Shown piece after piece: positions 27,110 through 64,000 of a stretch of 64,000 nt of DNA. This DNA is from Raja brachyura (lineage: Eukaryota). The position numbers were made by a program, and so were the translations under genes. The stretch lies in the NCBI GenBank assembly GCA_963514005.1, contig OY740784.1, positions 27,280,001 through 27,344,000 on the forward strand. Direction: 5' to 3'. Each line of letters begins with the position of its first letter. Positions within the stretch are counted from its first letter, which is position 1. Under the pieces are notes generated by a model. That model searched no databases. It saw only the letters and a list, made by a program, of their open reading frames with translations, and was not told the origin of the DNA.

Positions 27110-30100
27110 TCGCACTAGCTTCTCATTTTCACACCACAAACAGCTTACAATGGCCTGTTTCCTTTATCACCAATACATTTTTGCATATCTTTCATTCATT
27201 GTTCTTTATCTCTCCACATCACTGTTTATATCTCTCGTTTCCCTGATCCCTGACCAGTCTGAAGAAGGGTCTCGACCCGAAACGTCGCCCATCTCCTTCG
27301 CTCCTTAGATGCTGCTGCACCCGCTGAGTTTCTCCAGCTTTTTGTGTAACCCATGGTTTCACACTTGCCCATTTGAGATGAGTGTCTCGAGCAAATTTGC
27401 GATGAAACAGCAAAAGAAGACGCACTACAGATGCTGAAACGTGTCATCATCAGTGGTTGGCCTAGTGAACGAGATAGGCTACCAGAGCAGCTCACGCCTT
27501 ATTACAGCTATAGGGATGAGCTCGCAGTCCAAGATGGTTTGATTTTCAAGGGCGAGCGCGTGATCATACCGATAAGCTTAAGAAGAAACATGAAAGAAAA
27601 GATACTCTTCACATTAAAGGCTGCCTGCAATGAGCACGCGAATGCCTATTCTGGCCTGGCATGAGTAGCGACATCAAGCAGTTTATTGCTTTTTTTTTTT
27701 TGCCGCACCTATGAGGTGAGCCAGCAAGAAGAGACACTCATAAGTCATGAGCTACCGACAAGGCCATGGGAGAAAGTCGGCACAGATCTCTTCACATGGG
27801 ACGGGATTATCTCGTCACTGTGGACTACCATAGCAACTTTGTCGAAGTAATCGGCTGAGAGACACGAGCAGCCCAACCGTGATTCGCAAGTTGAAAGCCC
27901 ATAATCGATCCAATAACAATATTTACTTTAGAAACCTGGTTTACTCTTACCAGACAACTTAAACTGAATAAACGACAAAAAGTTTTAAGATGGATAGCTT
28001 TGGATAATGAATTTAAACCAGGGATGTATGACTGAACATTTAAAGAGTGGATGAAGAAAGGAATGACTGCATTTTGCACTGTTATTGAAAATGGAGACCT
28101 AAGAAGTTTCAAGATTTGAAGGATAGATTTGCACTTCGGAACCAAGACTTGTTTAGATACCTCCAACTGAGAGATTATTACGGTAAAAAGGGAGGCACTA
28201 GAAGAAAAGAATCCAGTGATTGAAGTGATAGTCAGTGCGTATCATCAAAAAACATTAAGGATTATTTCTAAACTTTATCATAGTTTAATGGAATGTCAAG
28301 CTAAAACTACATTTTATGTAAAATTTAAGTGGGAAAAGGAATTGAACATCACCATCTCAGAAGAGGAACGGCATCATATGTGTGTAACACTACAGACATC
28401 CACTAATTCCCAGAATTGGAGAGAATTTATTTGGAAAAATTTGATTTGTTTCTTTATTACGCCTAACATAAAAAGCAAGCAAATAAGGCAGCAAACATGC
28501 TGGAGGCAATGTGGTCAAACGGACGCAAATCATGCACATATCTTCTGGAGAATTAACGGAGGTATTAGGATATACAGTCTGCAAGAAGTGTTCCATTTTA
28601 TACCTGGGTAATATAAATACAGTGGTGCTGAAGGAAGACCATTACTTGGTTAAAATCCTACTAACAGCTGGCAGGAAGGCCATTACAAGAAACTGGCTTG
28701 GAGCGGACACACCCAGACTTAAGACAATGGTTAGACATAGTACAGTAAATATTTGTCATGGAGAAAATGACATATTTTCTAAGAGTGAAAGAAGATGAGT
28801 TTAATAGAAAATGGGGAAAAATGGATTAGGTATAGAAATAAAGACATCAATACTGTATAATTTTATAGACAATAATGTAAGTTATTGGAAAATGATTTAA
28901 TATGAAAATAGTTCTGTATACTGCATCATTAATTGTAAACTGAACCCCCGCTACACTGTTGTACGTTTCACTGTAATGTATGTTTCATTGTAATATTTGT
29001 GTTTTATTTGTCTATACATAAAAGCAATAAAAACTAAAGTGGAAAAAAAAGAAAGCTCATTTTGCGAGATACGGCAGCCCGACACAAGTTGTGAGTGATA
29101 ACGGGCCACAGTACACATCGGTCGCATTTCGCCAGTTCGCTAGGGAATGGGATTTTGAGCACCTGTGCAGCAGTCCCGGTAATAGCAAAATGAATGGGAA
29201 GGCAGAATCAGCCGTCAAAACAGCGAAGCGAATCCTGACGAAGAGCAGCAAATCACGATCTGACCCCTACCTAGCGATGTTGGATCATCGTAATACGCCT
29301 TCGCAAGGGCTGAGCACGTCACGATCAACGCCTCATGAATCGTCGCACGCGTACACTTCTGCCGAGGACAACAAGACTACTTGAACCCAGAGTTGTGTAC
29401 GAGCCTGAACGCATGAAGCAGCGCATTCACCAGCAAGCTAACAATTACAATAAATCAGCTATCACCTTTCCACACTTCATGAGGGCGACAGTGCGAATGC
29501 AACCCCTCGTGCAAGAAAAGAAGAGTTGGGAGAAAGCCATTGTTTCTCGCCAGCTTGACGAGCGTTCATATGTGGTTCAGAGCCCATCTGGCATTTACCG
29601 TTGCAATCGAGTACATCTCCGCAAGACCTGCGAAAATCCACCAGACGAGCTAGTCGCACGAAACACGGCCAGACCATCAAAGACCAGGGCGAATCTACTA
29701 CACCGACCACAACTAACGCGATACGGGCGTTGAAACAGCAGCCAGCGCCTACTGAAAAGCAAACAGCCACTGAATGAACTAACAAAGACAAGGACATTGA
29801 CGTAAATGAAACAGTGAGAACTCGCTCAGATCGAGCTGTGAGACCACCTAAGTATTTCGGAGACCATGTGACCCATTGATTTAGTTCTTATCAATTGGTA
29901 TGTCTGTATGGGGTTGCAAGTATGATAAAACAAATTTATGTAAATAAGATAATGAGAAGGAAAGGAACTTTTACTTTTTAAAAAGAAAGTGTTATTTTCT
30001 CACGAACAGATATATGCCAAGTGAGCATACATTGTACATCTGTACGTTTTTCTCTTTTGGAAAAAGAGGGGATGTTATGATATGTGTAATGTGCCTTTAA

Positions 30101-33100
30101 CGACAGGCATGCATGGGGGTTCCAGGCTTGCGTAGGAATTTTACTTACTGGAAAAACTTGTCCTTGAACAATGAGTGTGGCTAAAACAGACTATGGGGAG
30201 CAAATAATACATAGGTTCATAAGTAATGAGCAGAATTAGGCCATTTAGCCTATCACGTCCTTCAATCATGGACGATCTATCTTTCCCACTCAACCCCATT
30301 CTCCTGCCTTCTCCCATAACCCCTGACTCTTACTAATCAAATTACTGATCAATTGTGATATTCTGAGCCTGAATTAAGATGGTATTCTATTTTGGGATTA
30401 TAGAATTGTTCTGTTTCATCCAAAAGGTAATTAAAATACATGTTCCTCTGTTGTTTAGACATAAATGTATACTTGTGCTTAATCAGTTTTCAACTGACAT
30501 CAATGTAGTAATTGCCCAAACAATCTCAATACTATATTGATCCCTGTGCCCTTGTTAATAACCGTATGTATCCGCTTTAACCTAATTTTCATATATGTTT
30601 TGAGAATAAAAATATTGACTCTGTATATTTGCACAAGTTTTTCATGTGCTGGATGCTGGCTGTGTCTAGTTAATGCATTAATATTACTGTATACCTTAAT
30701 TGTAATCCTCCCTGTTAAAGGGCATTGTTTGGGGGCAAGTTAAGTTTAAAAAGAAATTTTAAAAATCTAATCTCTTTATTCTTAGTAAGTGATTTTCCTT
30801 TCTGTATCAGTTTGTATTTATAGTACTTGATAGCAATCTGAGTTTTTAAACTTTATGATTTAACAAAAAGGACATGATTTCTTTCCTTATTTTAGAATAT
30901 ATAATTAGTATTTGAATGCTCTTTAAAAAGTGGCATTACAGTTTTGAATAGTGCCACTTTTAAAAGAGTAATCTAATACTAATTATATAATCTAAAGTGA
31001 GGAAAGGCATTTTTAAACCCAAATGCTCTTCTAATTATGGAATGCATGTTGCATATTTAAAATAAAAAATTAAGATTGAGAGCTTACAGAACAAGTTTAA
31101 AATATAGAGCCAGTCTGTGTGTAACGTGTAACATCCAGCAAATGACAATCTGATTCTATATCCCTAACCCAATTTTGAAGCCAACAAATCAGTTAAAACT
31201 TAAATGTATAATTCTCCCCCCTTCATATTTAACTAGATGCATACATAACAGATGCAATTTCTGATTTTAACCTTTCTTGTTAACAGTATACCTGGATTTA
31301 ATGGTAGCGAGGACAGCATTGCATTGGAGCAGCTGCTGGAAGGATTTGATCAGCAAGACCAGGACCAGGTTTTTGCTATCTGTAACTCTGCACTCTTCAA
31401 GTACATGGACAATGATGTAAGTTTGGTTAACTATTTTGAGTAGCCTGATATTGAAATGCACGATAGAGGAGACCATGTGACCACTTGAGATTGGTCAGAT
31501 TTCTCCGAGCTCTAGCTACCCTCGAATATTTAAAAATATAATTAATTCCCATTATTAGTATTCCAAATAACCAAGTTGCAACTGTCCTTAAAAATTCTAA
31601 AGAATATTTGAGTTGAATTCTGCTTTATCTTGATTTTTAGTGACCCACAAATTTCAGATTTTCCAAATAGAGGATGTAAAGAAAAATGTCTCAGCATCTA
31701 CCCTATATACCCTACGTTCTACTGTTGAAATTAATAATTGGATTTCCATAGTCGTAATTTTGTCAACAAATGACATTTTGATATTGATAAAGCAACAACC
31801 AAGTCATCTCGGGTTATTTTTTGTGTAACAAGGAACTGCAGATGCTGGTTTAAACCGAAGATAGACACAAAAAGCTCAGTGGTCAGAGTAACTCAGCGGG
31901 TTAGACAGCATCTCTGGAGAGAAAGAATGGGTGATAATTGGGGTCGAGACACTTCTCCAGTCTGAAGAGGTGTCTTGACCCGAAACGTCACACATTCCTT
32001 CTCTCCAGAGATGCTGCCTGTCCCACTGAGTTACTCCAGCTTTTTGTGTCTACCTTCAGGCTATTTATTGCCATGTAGCCCCAGAGTGCAATGAAAATCC
32101 TTGTTTACACGAAGCAGTAATAATATATAAAACAATTTCTACTCTGGCAAGTGGAAAACAGTAGAATGGTGCAGGATAGTAGTGCAAGTACTTGTGCTAT
32201 GCCAGCATATTGATTTAATTTTGGGCAATGGCCCCAAGTAATTTAAAGTTGCCTCATACCAAATGGCTCGGAACTATGGCCCCAAATTGCTGGCTGTCTA
32301 TTCCAAGGACGTGTTAACAATGTCAATGTTTTAAAAGTTTCATTTTTTACATTTGAAAAGAAAATGTTTGTTCTGACAGCGATGCAAAATTAAATTAATC
32401 CCAATTTCCCATAGATGGGCAATATATTTTCATCCCTTGCTTATTCCTTTTCCTGTAAAAATGCCTCAAATGTAACTTGTGGTATTTGCTTCCACCACTC
32501 ACCCTGGCAGTGCATTCCAGTCACCTATCAGGGGATGGGAGTGGAAAATTACAAATTTCTCTTAAAATCTTTGATGTTTCAGAGATCTTATTGTGCCCCT
32601 TGCAATTTATGTTTAATCTGCATATTCTCTGTAGCTGTAATCTGTTTATTCTGCATTCTGTTTATTTTTCATTTGCACTTTCTGATGTATGGTATGATTT
32701 GCCTATATAGCACTCAAAACAATGTTTTTCACTATTTCTCCGTGCACTTGACATTAATAAACCAATATTAATAATCAAAGTTGCCACAGAACGTCCAAAC
32801 TTTATACACAAAGCCCCTAACAATAAAGGTAAGTATGCAAGGTGCTTTCTTTACCACTTTATCTACTTGTTGCCACTTTCAGGGAGCTATGGAATTACAA
32901 TCCCTCTGTACATTCAAGGGTCCCAACAGTCATTTCCACTTGCATTCAACCCCTCAAAGTACAATACCTCACATTTCTTCAAATTAAACTCTATTTGCTC
33001 ATTAGATTTTGGAGATACAGATACCAGGATCTCTGGTGCTGTAAGGCAGCACTCTGCTGCTGCGCCATTGTGCTGACCAATTTCTCCAGCCATATTTCCA

Positions 33101-33598
33101 TCTGATCTATAGCCTGCTACATATTTCATTTAAAACAAAAATCATTACTACAATGAAACACAATTCAAATAAACTTTGTCCCAGCAACCAATTTCTCCTG
33201 AATTTTTGGAATGCAAGCTTGGATTTATTGCCCTCAGCATTGTGATTTGTTAGGCATTTTCAGATCTGGCATTGCCTTTGCATCTGGTCACATAAGCCAA
33301 AATAATTCATTGATAGTCATTAATGAGCAGATGATATTTTAATTATTATTTTATGACGAGATCTATGTTCACCCCTTGTTAAGATTACTTGCCCTTTTTT
33401 ACATTAATTTGGAATTTTTGTACTTGAAATTATTTAATCTTATTCTCCCAGTATGCCAAACTCGCTCTAAGCTTGAGAGTTCCTGGTGGAGGAACGAAAA
33501 AGAAGTTACCTGTGCAACAAGAAGGTGACCAATCTGCACAAAAGCAACGTGATGGTGGCGATGAAGAGGACGATGACTACTCCTCTGGATTGTGCTAA
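52..33598 (+). CDS. NAPG: Gamma-soluble NSF attachment protein (gamma-SNAP), 12 coding exons: join(52-104,5355-5422,8788-8872,10403-10420,12392-12422,13177-13286,14975-15041,18122-18192,22314-22392,22650-22729,31287-31416,33452-33598)
   Basis: Spliced CDS is 939 nt = 312 aa, [49 protein letters not shown]...[11 protein letters not shown]. It closely matches vertebrate NAPG as recalled. All junctions are GT-AG and in phase. Confidence 0.97.
295..1030 (-). mobile_element. Cluster of short Penelope-derived repeats with minimal hammerhead cores
   Basis: Four minus-strand CTGA(A/G)GA-stem-GAAACGT-like motifs at about 391-425, 499-529, 646-675 and 890-920. Unit 295-423 is flanked by a 10-bp TSD CTGTCAATGT. 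Confidence 0.75.
3552..5078 (+). mobile_element. Rex1/Babar-type LINE, 5'-truncated, RT with frameshifts
   Basis: [42 protein letters not shown] and KYADD motifs; (TTGAA)n tail. Confidence 0.88.
5355..5422 (+). CDS. NAPG: NAPG exon 2
   Basis: ttccag|[24 protein letters not shown]|gtaaga. Confidence 0.95.
5749..8735 (-). mobile_element. L1-clade LINE, 5'-truncated and decayed
   Basis: Minus-strand ORF2 fragments ([47 protein letters not shown] zinc knuckle); candidate TSD ATCCTTTTT at 5740-5748 and 8736-8744. Confidence 0.9.
8788..8872 (+). CDS. NAPG: NAPG exon 3
   Basis: tgtag|[29 protein letters not shown]|gtatcctttt (U12-type donor). Confidence 0.95.
8873..10402 (+). other. U12-type (minor spliceosome) GT-AG intron, NAPG intron 3
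   Basis: Donor GTATCCTTT; branch point TTCCTTAAC 16 nt before the end of the intron. Confidence 0.92.
10403..10420 (+). CDS. NAPG: NAPG exon 4 (18-nt microexon)
   Basis: U12 branch point TTCCTTAAC at 10378-10386; ttag|T TTC TTC CAC GCT GCT AA|gtaagt encodes FFHAAK. Confidence 0.92.
   Translation, partial: FLPRC
11560..12180 (+). mobile_element. Penelope-like element 3' fragment with terminal hammerhead-like motif
   Basis: End of the GIY-YIG ORF ([10 protein letters not shown]), pyrimidine-rich UTR, CTGAAGAAGGGTTTCGACCCGAAATGTC at 12064-12091. Confidence 0.7.
12392..12422 (+). CDS. NAPG: NAPG exon 5
   Basis: cacag|[11 protein letters not shown]|gttcgt. Confidence 0.92.
13177..13286 (+). 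CDS. NAPG: NAPG exon 6
   Basis: [36 protein letters not shown], flanked by AG and GT. Confidence 0.95.
13590..13862 (-). mobile_element. tRNA-derived V-SINE (HE1-like)
   Basis: Reverse complement has a tRNA-like head (GTGGCGCACCAGTAGAG...GGTTCGATC), the V-domain (GGTTTTCTCAAGTGCTCCGGTTTCCACC) and a CR1-like tail. Confidence 0.75.
14510..14644 (-). mobile_element. Short retroposon headed by an HDV-like ribozyme (copy B); ribozyme at 14591-14644
   Basis: Reverse complement reads GGGGTGG-AA-GATTGCA-ACC-TTCACAT-GGT-CCGCCCT-TTTTCGA-CGAA-TGCAATC and fits the P1/P2/P3/J4-2 nested pseudoknot; homologous to 19761-19900. Confidence 0.78.
14975..15041 (+). CDS. NAPG: NAPG exon 7
   Basis: [22 protein letters not shown]|gtaggt. 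Confidence 0.95.
15341..15785 (+). mobile_element. V-SINE interrupted by an antisense CR1 3' tail
   Basis: tRNA-like head, V-domain halves on both sides of a CR1 tail fragment at about 15440-15580. Confidence 0.65.
15930..17343 (-). mobile_element. Tc1/mariner DNA transposon, decayed transposase
   Basis: TA|CAGTG...CACTG|TA ends, long TIRs with internal direct repeats, minus-strand PNLNPIEH...KGYATKY. Confidence 0.9.
17346..17920. mobile_element. CR1 LINE fragments in both orientations
   Basis: [11 protein letters not shown] and [11 protein letters not shown] on the minus strand; [19 protein letters not shown] on the plus strand. Confidence 0.7.
18122..18192 (+). CDS. NAPG: NAPG exon 8
   Basis: [23 protein letters not shown]|gtgaga. 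Confidence 0.95.
19761..19900 (+). mobile_element. Short retroposon headed by an HDV-like ribozyme (copy A); ribozyme at 19761-19814, (GAA)n tail
   Basis: GGGGTGG-GA-GATTGCA-AAC-TTCACGT-GGT-CCACCCT-GTTTCGC-TGAA-TGCAATC; TSD GA(C/G)GTGCTG at 19752-19760 and 19901-19909. Confidence 0.8.
22314..22392 (+). CDS. NAPG: NAPG exon 9
   Basis: [26 protein letters not shown]|gtaatg. Confidence 0.95.
22650..22729 (+). CDS. NAPG: NAPG exon 10
   Basis: [26 protein letters not shown]|gtaagc. Confidence 0.95.
23373..23716. mobile_element. PIF/Harbinger-type MITE in the Gypsy 5' LTR
   Basis: TIR AAGCCCTGTCCCACTGTA, TAA TSD; the empty site is preserved in the 3' LTR (GCCTTTAACGAC). Confidence 0.85.
26615..27351 (+). 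mobile_element. Penelope-like element 3' fragment (GIY-YIG endonuclease plus hammerhead motif)
   Basis: [30 protein letters not shown]; 16-bp TSD CATGGTTTCACACTTG at 26599-26614 and 27352-27367. Confidence 0.9.
27256..27289 (+). ncRNA. Minimal (Penelope-type) hammerhead ribozyme motif
   Basis: AGT-CTGAAGA-A-GGGTCTCGACCC-GAAACGTC-GCC: conserved core, stem II and a palindromic ACGT in place of stem III. Confidence 0.72.
27903..29050 (+). mobile_element. L1-clade LINE 3' fragment inserted in the Gypsy integrase
   Basis: CWRQCG..HAHIFW zinc knuckle, AATAAA plus poly(A); TSD GAAAGCYCAT at 27893-27902 and 29051-29060. Confidence 0.85.
30881..31006. repeat. 126-bp imperfect palindrome (fold-back)
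   Basis: Arms of about 58 nt with few mismatches around a 10-nt loop. Confidence 0.85.
31287..31416 (+). CDS. NAPG: NAPG exon 11
   Basis: [43 protein letters not shown]|gtaagt. Confidence 0.95.
31823..32055. mobile_element. Head-to-head (fold-back) Penelope-derived short element with hammerhead core
   Basis: Inverted halves meet at about 31960; plus-strand core CTGAAGAGGTGTCTTGACCCGAAACGTC; degenerate TSD. Confidence 0.7.
33452..33598 (+). CDS. NAPG: NAPG exon 12 (terminal coding exon)
   Basis: [18 protein letters not shown]...[13 protein letters not shown] (TAA). Confidence 0.95.
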   Translation, partial: YAKLALSLRVPGGGTKKKLPVQQEGDQSAQKQRDGGDEEDDDYSSGLC

Positions 33599-34792
33599 CT
33601 GTGGACAAAACGTGTTTGACATCTCTTGGATCAAGCTGAATTGTGAAGAAGTAGTGAAGGCCAAAGCTCAGAAGAATTAATTTCCTTTCCTAACTCCATG
33701 CTTGTTTAGTTGTAATCCTGTGAATGTCTGGTTTGCATAGGAATGGTGCAAGATTAATTTACAAATTACATTGTGAAGCATTTGGATTTGGCTAACTCTG
33801 TTTATGTATAATTTGATTTTTTTTTTGAAAATGCAATCTTAAAAATGCAGTTTATTTTGGTTCTAACTAGATGGTTTTAAATTGGTGTAATGAATCTTTT
33901 TTGGGAATATATTCTCAACGTAATGCATCCTAAATCAGTATAGGATCAACTGGAGATTTATCTTTGATGTCGTGAGATCTTGATTGATGACACCACTTTG
34001 TAAAACAAAGTGCTGAGCTTGGAGATGTATCAAAATAATGTTCCGGTTTAATTTTCCAATCATTGTAGATTTGAAATATTATTGTACATTTACCAAAAGG
34101 ATGCTGCTTCCTTAAGGCTGCATATCATGACGTTAGTCTTCTATGTTTGTGCTATGGTGTGAGAGATGTTTATGTTTTCTGATATAATTCAGTGTTTTTG
34201 GTTTATTGTAAATGTGTGTGTATATATAATAATTCAATTAATGAACAATGGGCATGTTTCAGCAATTGCTAGTTAATGTATCCTTTGTGATAATTGCTAA
34301 CTTGCAACAAGTTTGTTTTGTAAATGCATTTTTAATGTCAGCCCTTTATCTTACACGAAGATTATCATCAATATCTGCAGTAGCTTTTGGTTCTTTCATG
34401 GTAATATAAAAACCACCAGACAAAATTTGTAATTGTTTTGCCTTATTGCTACTAAGAAAGTATCTCCCAAGAAAAGATCTGCAAGAGCCTGGTGCTTGTT
34501 ATCTATCTGTACTTGTCAATGATGTTCCAGTGTAAACACAAACCTGCTTTATGTACACTCATTTGAAATCTTGTCCATAGTAAAGTATACTGGCATGATT
34601 AGTGTTCTGTTGTGTTATTTCTGCGCAACTAAACCTTTTGTTTAGTTTGTTCTGTACTTGGCACATAAGGTTTAATGTAATTTTCAATGAAAATGTTCCA
34701 TTTCAGTATGTTTCAAAGACATGGAATTTCTCAAATGGAGAACAATTTAATTTAATGTTCTGTATGTTTGTTCAAACACTTTACATTCAATT

Positions 34793-35186
34793 TGTTTAAG
34801 AAGGAACTGCAGAGGCTGGAAAATCGAAGGTAGACAAATGCTGGAGAAACTCAGCGGGTGCAGCAGCATCTATGGAGCAAAGGAAATAGGCAACGTTTCG
34901 GACCGACCAGACCAGACCACTGGTTCTTCAGACCAGTGAGCGAGGAGGTCGTGAAACTGTCTTCAGAGGGAGGAGGAGAACTTCTTCAAAGTAGGCATAC
35001 CTTGAGGAAGTATGTGGAGTAGACACAATGTTTGCAGTGGAGTAGACACAATGTTTAAGAAGGAACTGCAGATGCTGGAAAATCGAAGGTCTGAAGAAGG
35101 GTTTCGGCCCAAAACGTTGCCCATTTCCTTCTCTCCATAGATGCTACTGCACCCGCTGAGTTTCTCCAGCAATTTTGTCTATCTTG
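34793..35186. mobile_element. Inverted Penelope-derived short element
   Basis: Inverted hammerhead-bearing units; TSD CATTCAATT at 34784-34792 and 35187-35195. Confidence 0.7.
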
Positions 35187-35714
35187 CATTCAATTCAGTA
35201 ACTTCAAGGGGCACAATATAGATATATCTGGATATACCATGTTTTAACTAATTTCTAAATTAAAACACTGCTGTACATTTTGAGCAAGTGGCTGTGAATA
35301 TGCAAGCAAAAACAAAATGCTGGAGAAATTCAGTGGATCAGGCAGTATCTGTGGAGAGAATGAACAGATGACGTTTGGGGTTTGGACCTTTCAGATTTAG
35401 TCTGTCTGACCCTGTGAGTTACTCCGGCACTGTTTTTGCTGAAGATGCCAGCATCTGTAGATCCTTGTGCCTCTGTATGCTTAGTGCGCCAAGCCTTATC
35501 TGTGACAATGGAAGCAGTTTATAATTTGGGTTGATGACCTGATTAAGCCTGAAATATTAACTCTGAATGATTTTGTTTGTTTTTTCAGGTTTTGAATGGT
35601 TATGCATTTTCCTCTGAGACCAAGCTATTATATTTGCGGGTTCTTCAAGTGTTAGATGTAATGTGGTAAAGAAAACTATTAACCAATAAATTGTCCTCCA
35701 TTTATTCCTTTAGA

Positions 35715-36809
35715 CTGGTCCTCCAGTGTCTATTGTAAACCTACTGACTCCCACAACAATCCAGAAACTATTATAAACCTACTGACTCCCACAACTATCT
35801 AGACTACACTTCTTTCCACCCTGCTTCCTGCAAAGACTTTATCGCCTACTCCCAATTCCTCGGTCTACATCGCATCTGCACCCAAGATGAGGTGTTCCAT
35901 ACCAGGACATTCAAGATGCCCTCGTTTAGGGAACAGGGGTCTCCTCTTCCATTATAGAGGAGGCCCTCACATGTGTCTCCTTGGTATCCTGCAGCTCTGC
36001 TCTTCCTCCTCCCCCTAATTGCAATGAGTCCCCCCTATTCCTTACCTTTCAACCCATCAGCCGTCGCATACAACACCTAATCCTGACATTTTCGCCACCC
36101 AACAGGATCCCACCACTAGTCACATTTTTCCATATCCACCCCTTTCCACCCTCTGCAGAGGCCGTTCCCTCCATAACTCCCTGGTTAACTCATCCCATAC
36201 CACCCCCTCCCCCAGGTACCTGCTCCAGCAACCACAGGAGATGCAACACCCGTCCCTATATCTCCTCCCTTGACTCTGTCCTGGAACCCTGACAGTCGTT
36301 TCAGGTTGGTTCACTTGCACCTCCTCCAACCTAATCTACTGTAGCCGTTGTTCCAGGTGTGAGATCTTGTACATCGGCAAGACCAAATGTAGACTGGGCG
36401 ATCATTTCGCTGAACACCTTCGTGCAATCTGCCTGGGGTCCACGTGCTGTCCCAGTTGCCAAGCACTTTAACTCCCCTTCCCACTCTGTCCTAGGCTGCC
36501 TCCATTGTCAGAGTGAGGCCGCATGCAAATTGGAGGAATGGCACCTCGTATTTCCTTTGGGCAGCGTACACCTAGTGATATGAATATTGATTTCTCTAAC
36601 TTCAAGTAACCCATGCACCCTCTCTTTTTTTTTTTTTTTTCATTTCAAAAACTTTATTCAACACAAATCATAAAATACAACACATCAAAACACAATCAAA
36701 AATCACACTATAATGAACAGATCATTGTAGTACAGCAGTACATTCATTTATAATCGCCTCAACCCCACGCGGCGACCAGCGCTGACGGAAGGCCTCCAGA
36801 GTCCCCGTG

Positions 36810-36844
<35 letters not shown>

Positions 36845-37125
36845 CCTCCTCCATCCTAGTGGTTGCACTAGTTTCAGTCCTGGTGAGTTTCATTGTGTAA
36901 CTCGTTGACACCTACCCCACAGCCAACAATGGACCGTTGCCTTTATCATCGTTACTTTTTTGCATATCTTTCATTCTTTTATTCTATATCAGTGTCTAAA
37001 CCTCTCGCTTCCCTTTCTGCAGACCAACGAAGGGTCTCAACCCCAAATGTCACCTATTCCTTTTTCTAGAGATGCTGCCTGACCTTCTGTTACTCCAGCA
37101 TTTTGTGTCTACCTTCGATTTAAAC
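35715..37125 (+). mobile_element. Penelope-like element (RT C-terminus plus GIY-YIG), decayed, with an antisense L1/Tx1 tail nested at about 36620-36810
   Basis: YKPTDSHNYLDYTSFHP and LIYC..C..C..LYIGKT...FAEH remnants; degenerate hammerhead tail. Confidence 0.8.
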
Positions 37126-37650
37126 CTGGACATGATTACAATCTGGTATCTTTGATTACAATCAAGCCATCCACAGTGTACAGATACAGGATAAAGAGTA
37201 TAACGTTTAAGGCAAGGTAAAGTCCAATGAAAGGTAGTCCGAGAGTCCAACTAGGCAGATGGTTTACGGAGTTGCAGCAAGCCAGGTGCACAGCGGTGGA
37301 CAGCAAGGAACATCTGGACCTGGCGCCGGCAACGAGAGAGCACGCTTGTGGGCAAATATGCTTGTGTGGGTGGGAGTAACGGATGCGCCTGCGCGTCGCC
37401 GGCCTTCTCGCGGCTGACAGGAGACGCGCACACGCGCACTACCAGAACTGACGGCGCAACCGACCGTCAGAAGGGCAACGCATGCGCATTACCCCATTGG
37501 ATGCTGGTCGCCAGGAGGGCTGTGCATGTGCGTTGCCTGCCTCAACGTGTGCGCGGCCGGCAGTCAGCGGGGCCGCGCGTGCGCACACCCACACTTGACG
37601 CCGCTGCCGGCAAGACGGGACCGGAGTGTGACTGACCCAGAGCAGCGGCG

Positions 37651-64000
<26,350 letters not shown>

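Larger units (their letters stand above)
23345..30113 (+). mobile_element. Gypsy (Ty3) LTR retrotransposon, decayed, with nested insertions
   Basis: Gag zinc-knuckle remnants, protease [14 protein letters not shown] (LRVCID, CVADDII), RNase H (CDAS, SDHKPL) and integrase ([16 protein letters not shown]) in Gypsy order. Polypurine tract at 30061-30072; short LTR homology TGTTATGATATG... at 23345 and 30073. Confidence 0.9.

Overview
Vertebrate genomic DNA, most likely a cartilaginous fish (skate/ray), inferred from the repeat content. Two + strand host genes are present. NAPG (gamma-SNAP) is complete: 12 coding exons at 52-33598, 312 aa, with a U12-type intron and an 18-nt microexon. An NPEPL1-like aminopeptidase gene starts at 37651 and its first 8 coding exons run off the window end. 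The introns are packed with TEs: Rex1, L1 and CR1 LINEs, Penelope-like elements, V-SINEs, Tc1 elements, Harbinger and hAT MITEs, a decayed Gypsy element with three nested insertions, and a full-length DIRS tyrosine-recombinase retrotransposon. Most notable: (1) two copies of a ~140-nt retroposon whose first 54 nt fold as an HDV-like ribozyme starting exactly at the predicted cleavage site; (2) many short Penelope-derived repeats carrying minimal hammerhead ribozyme cores, several with their own target-site duplications; (3) an orphan antisense BCL7 first exon and a phased CCAAT array in NPEPL1 intron 1; (4) a spliceosomal-type intron and extra pairing elements in the DIRS termini; (5) NAPG-NPEPL1 adjacency that suggests a retained ohnolog. 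All calls come from reading the sequence by eye, with comparisons to recalled reference sequences; no searches were run.
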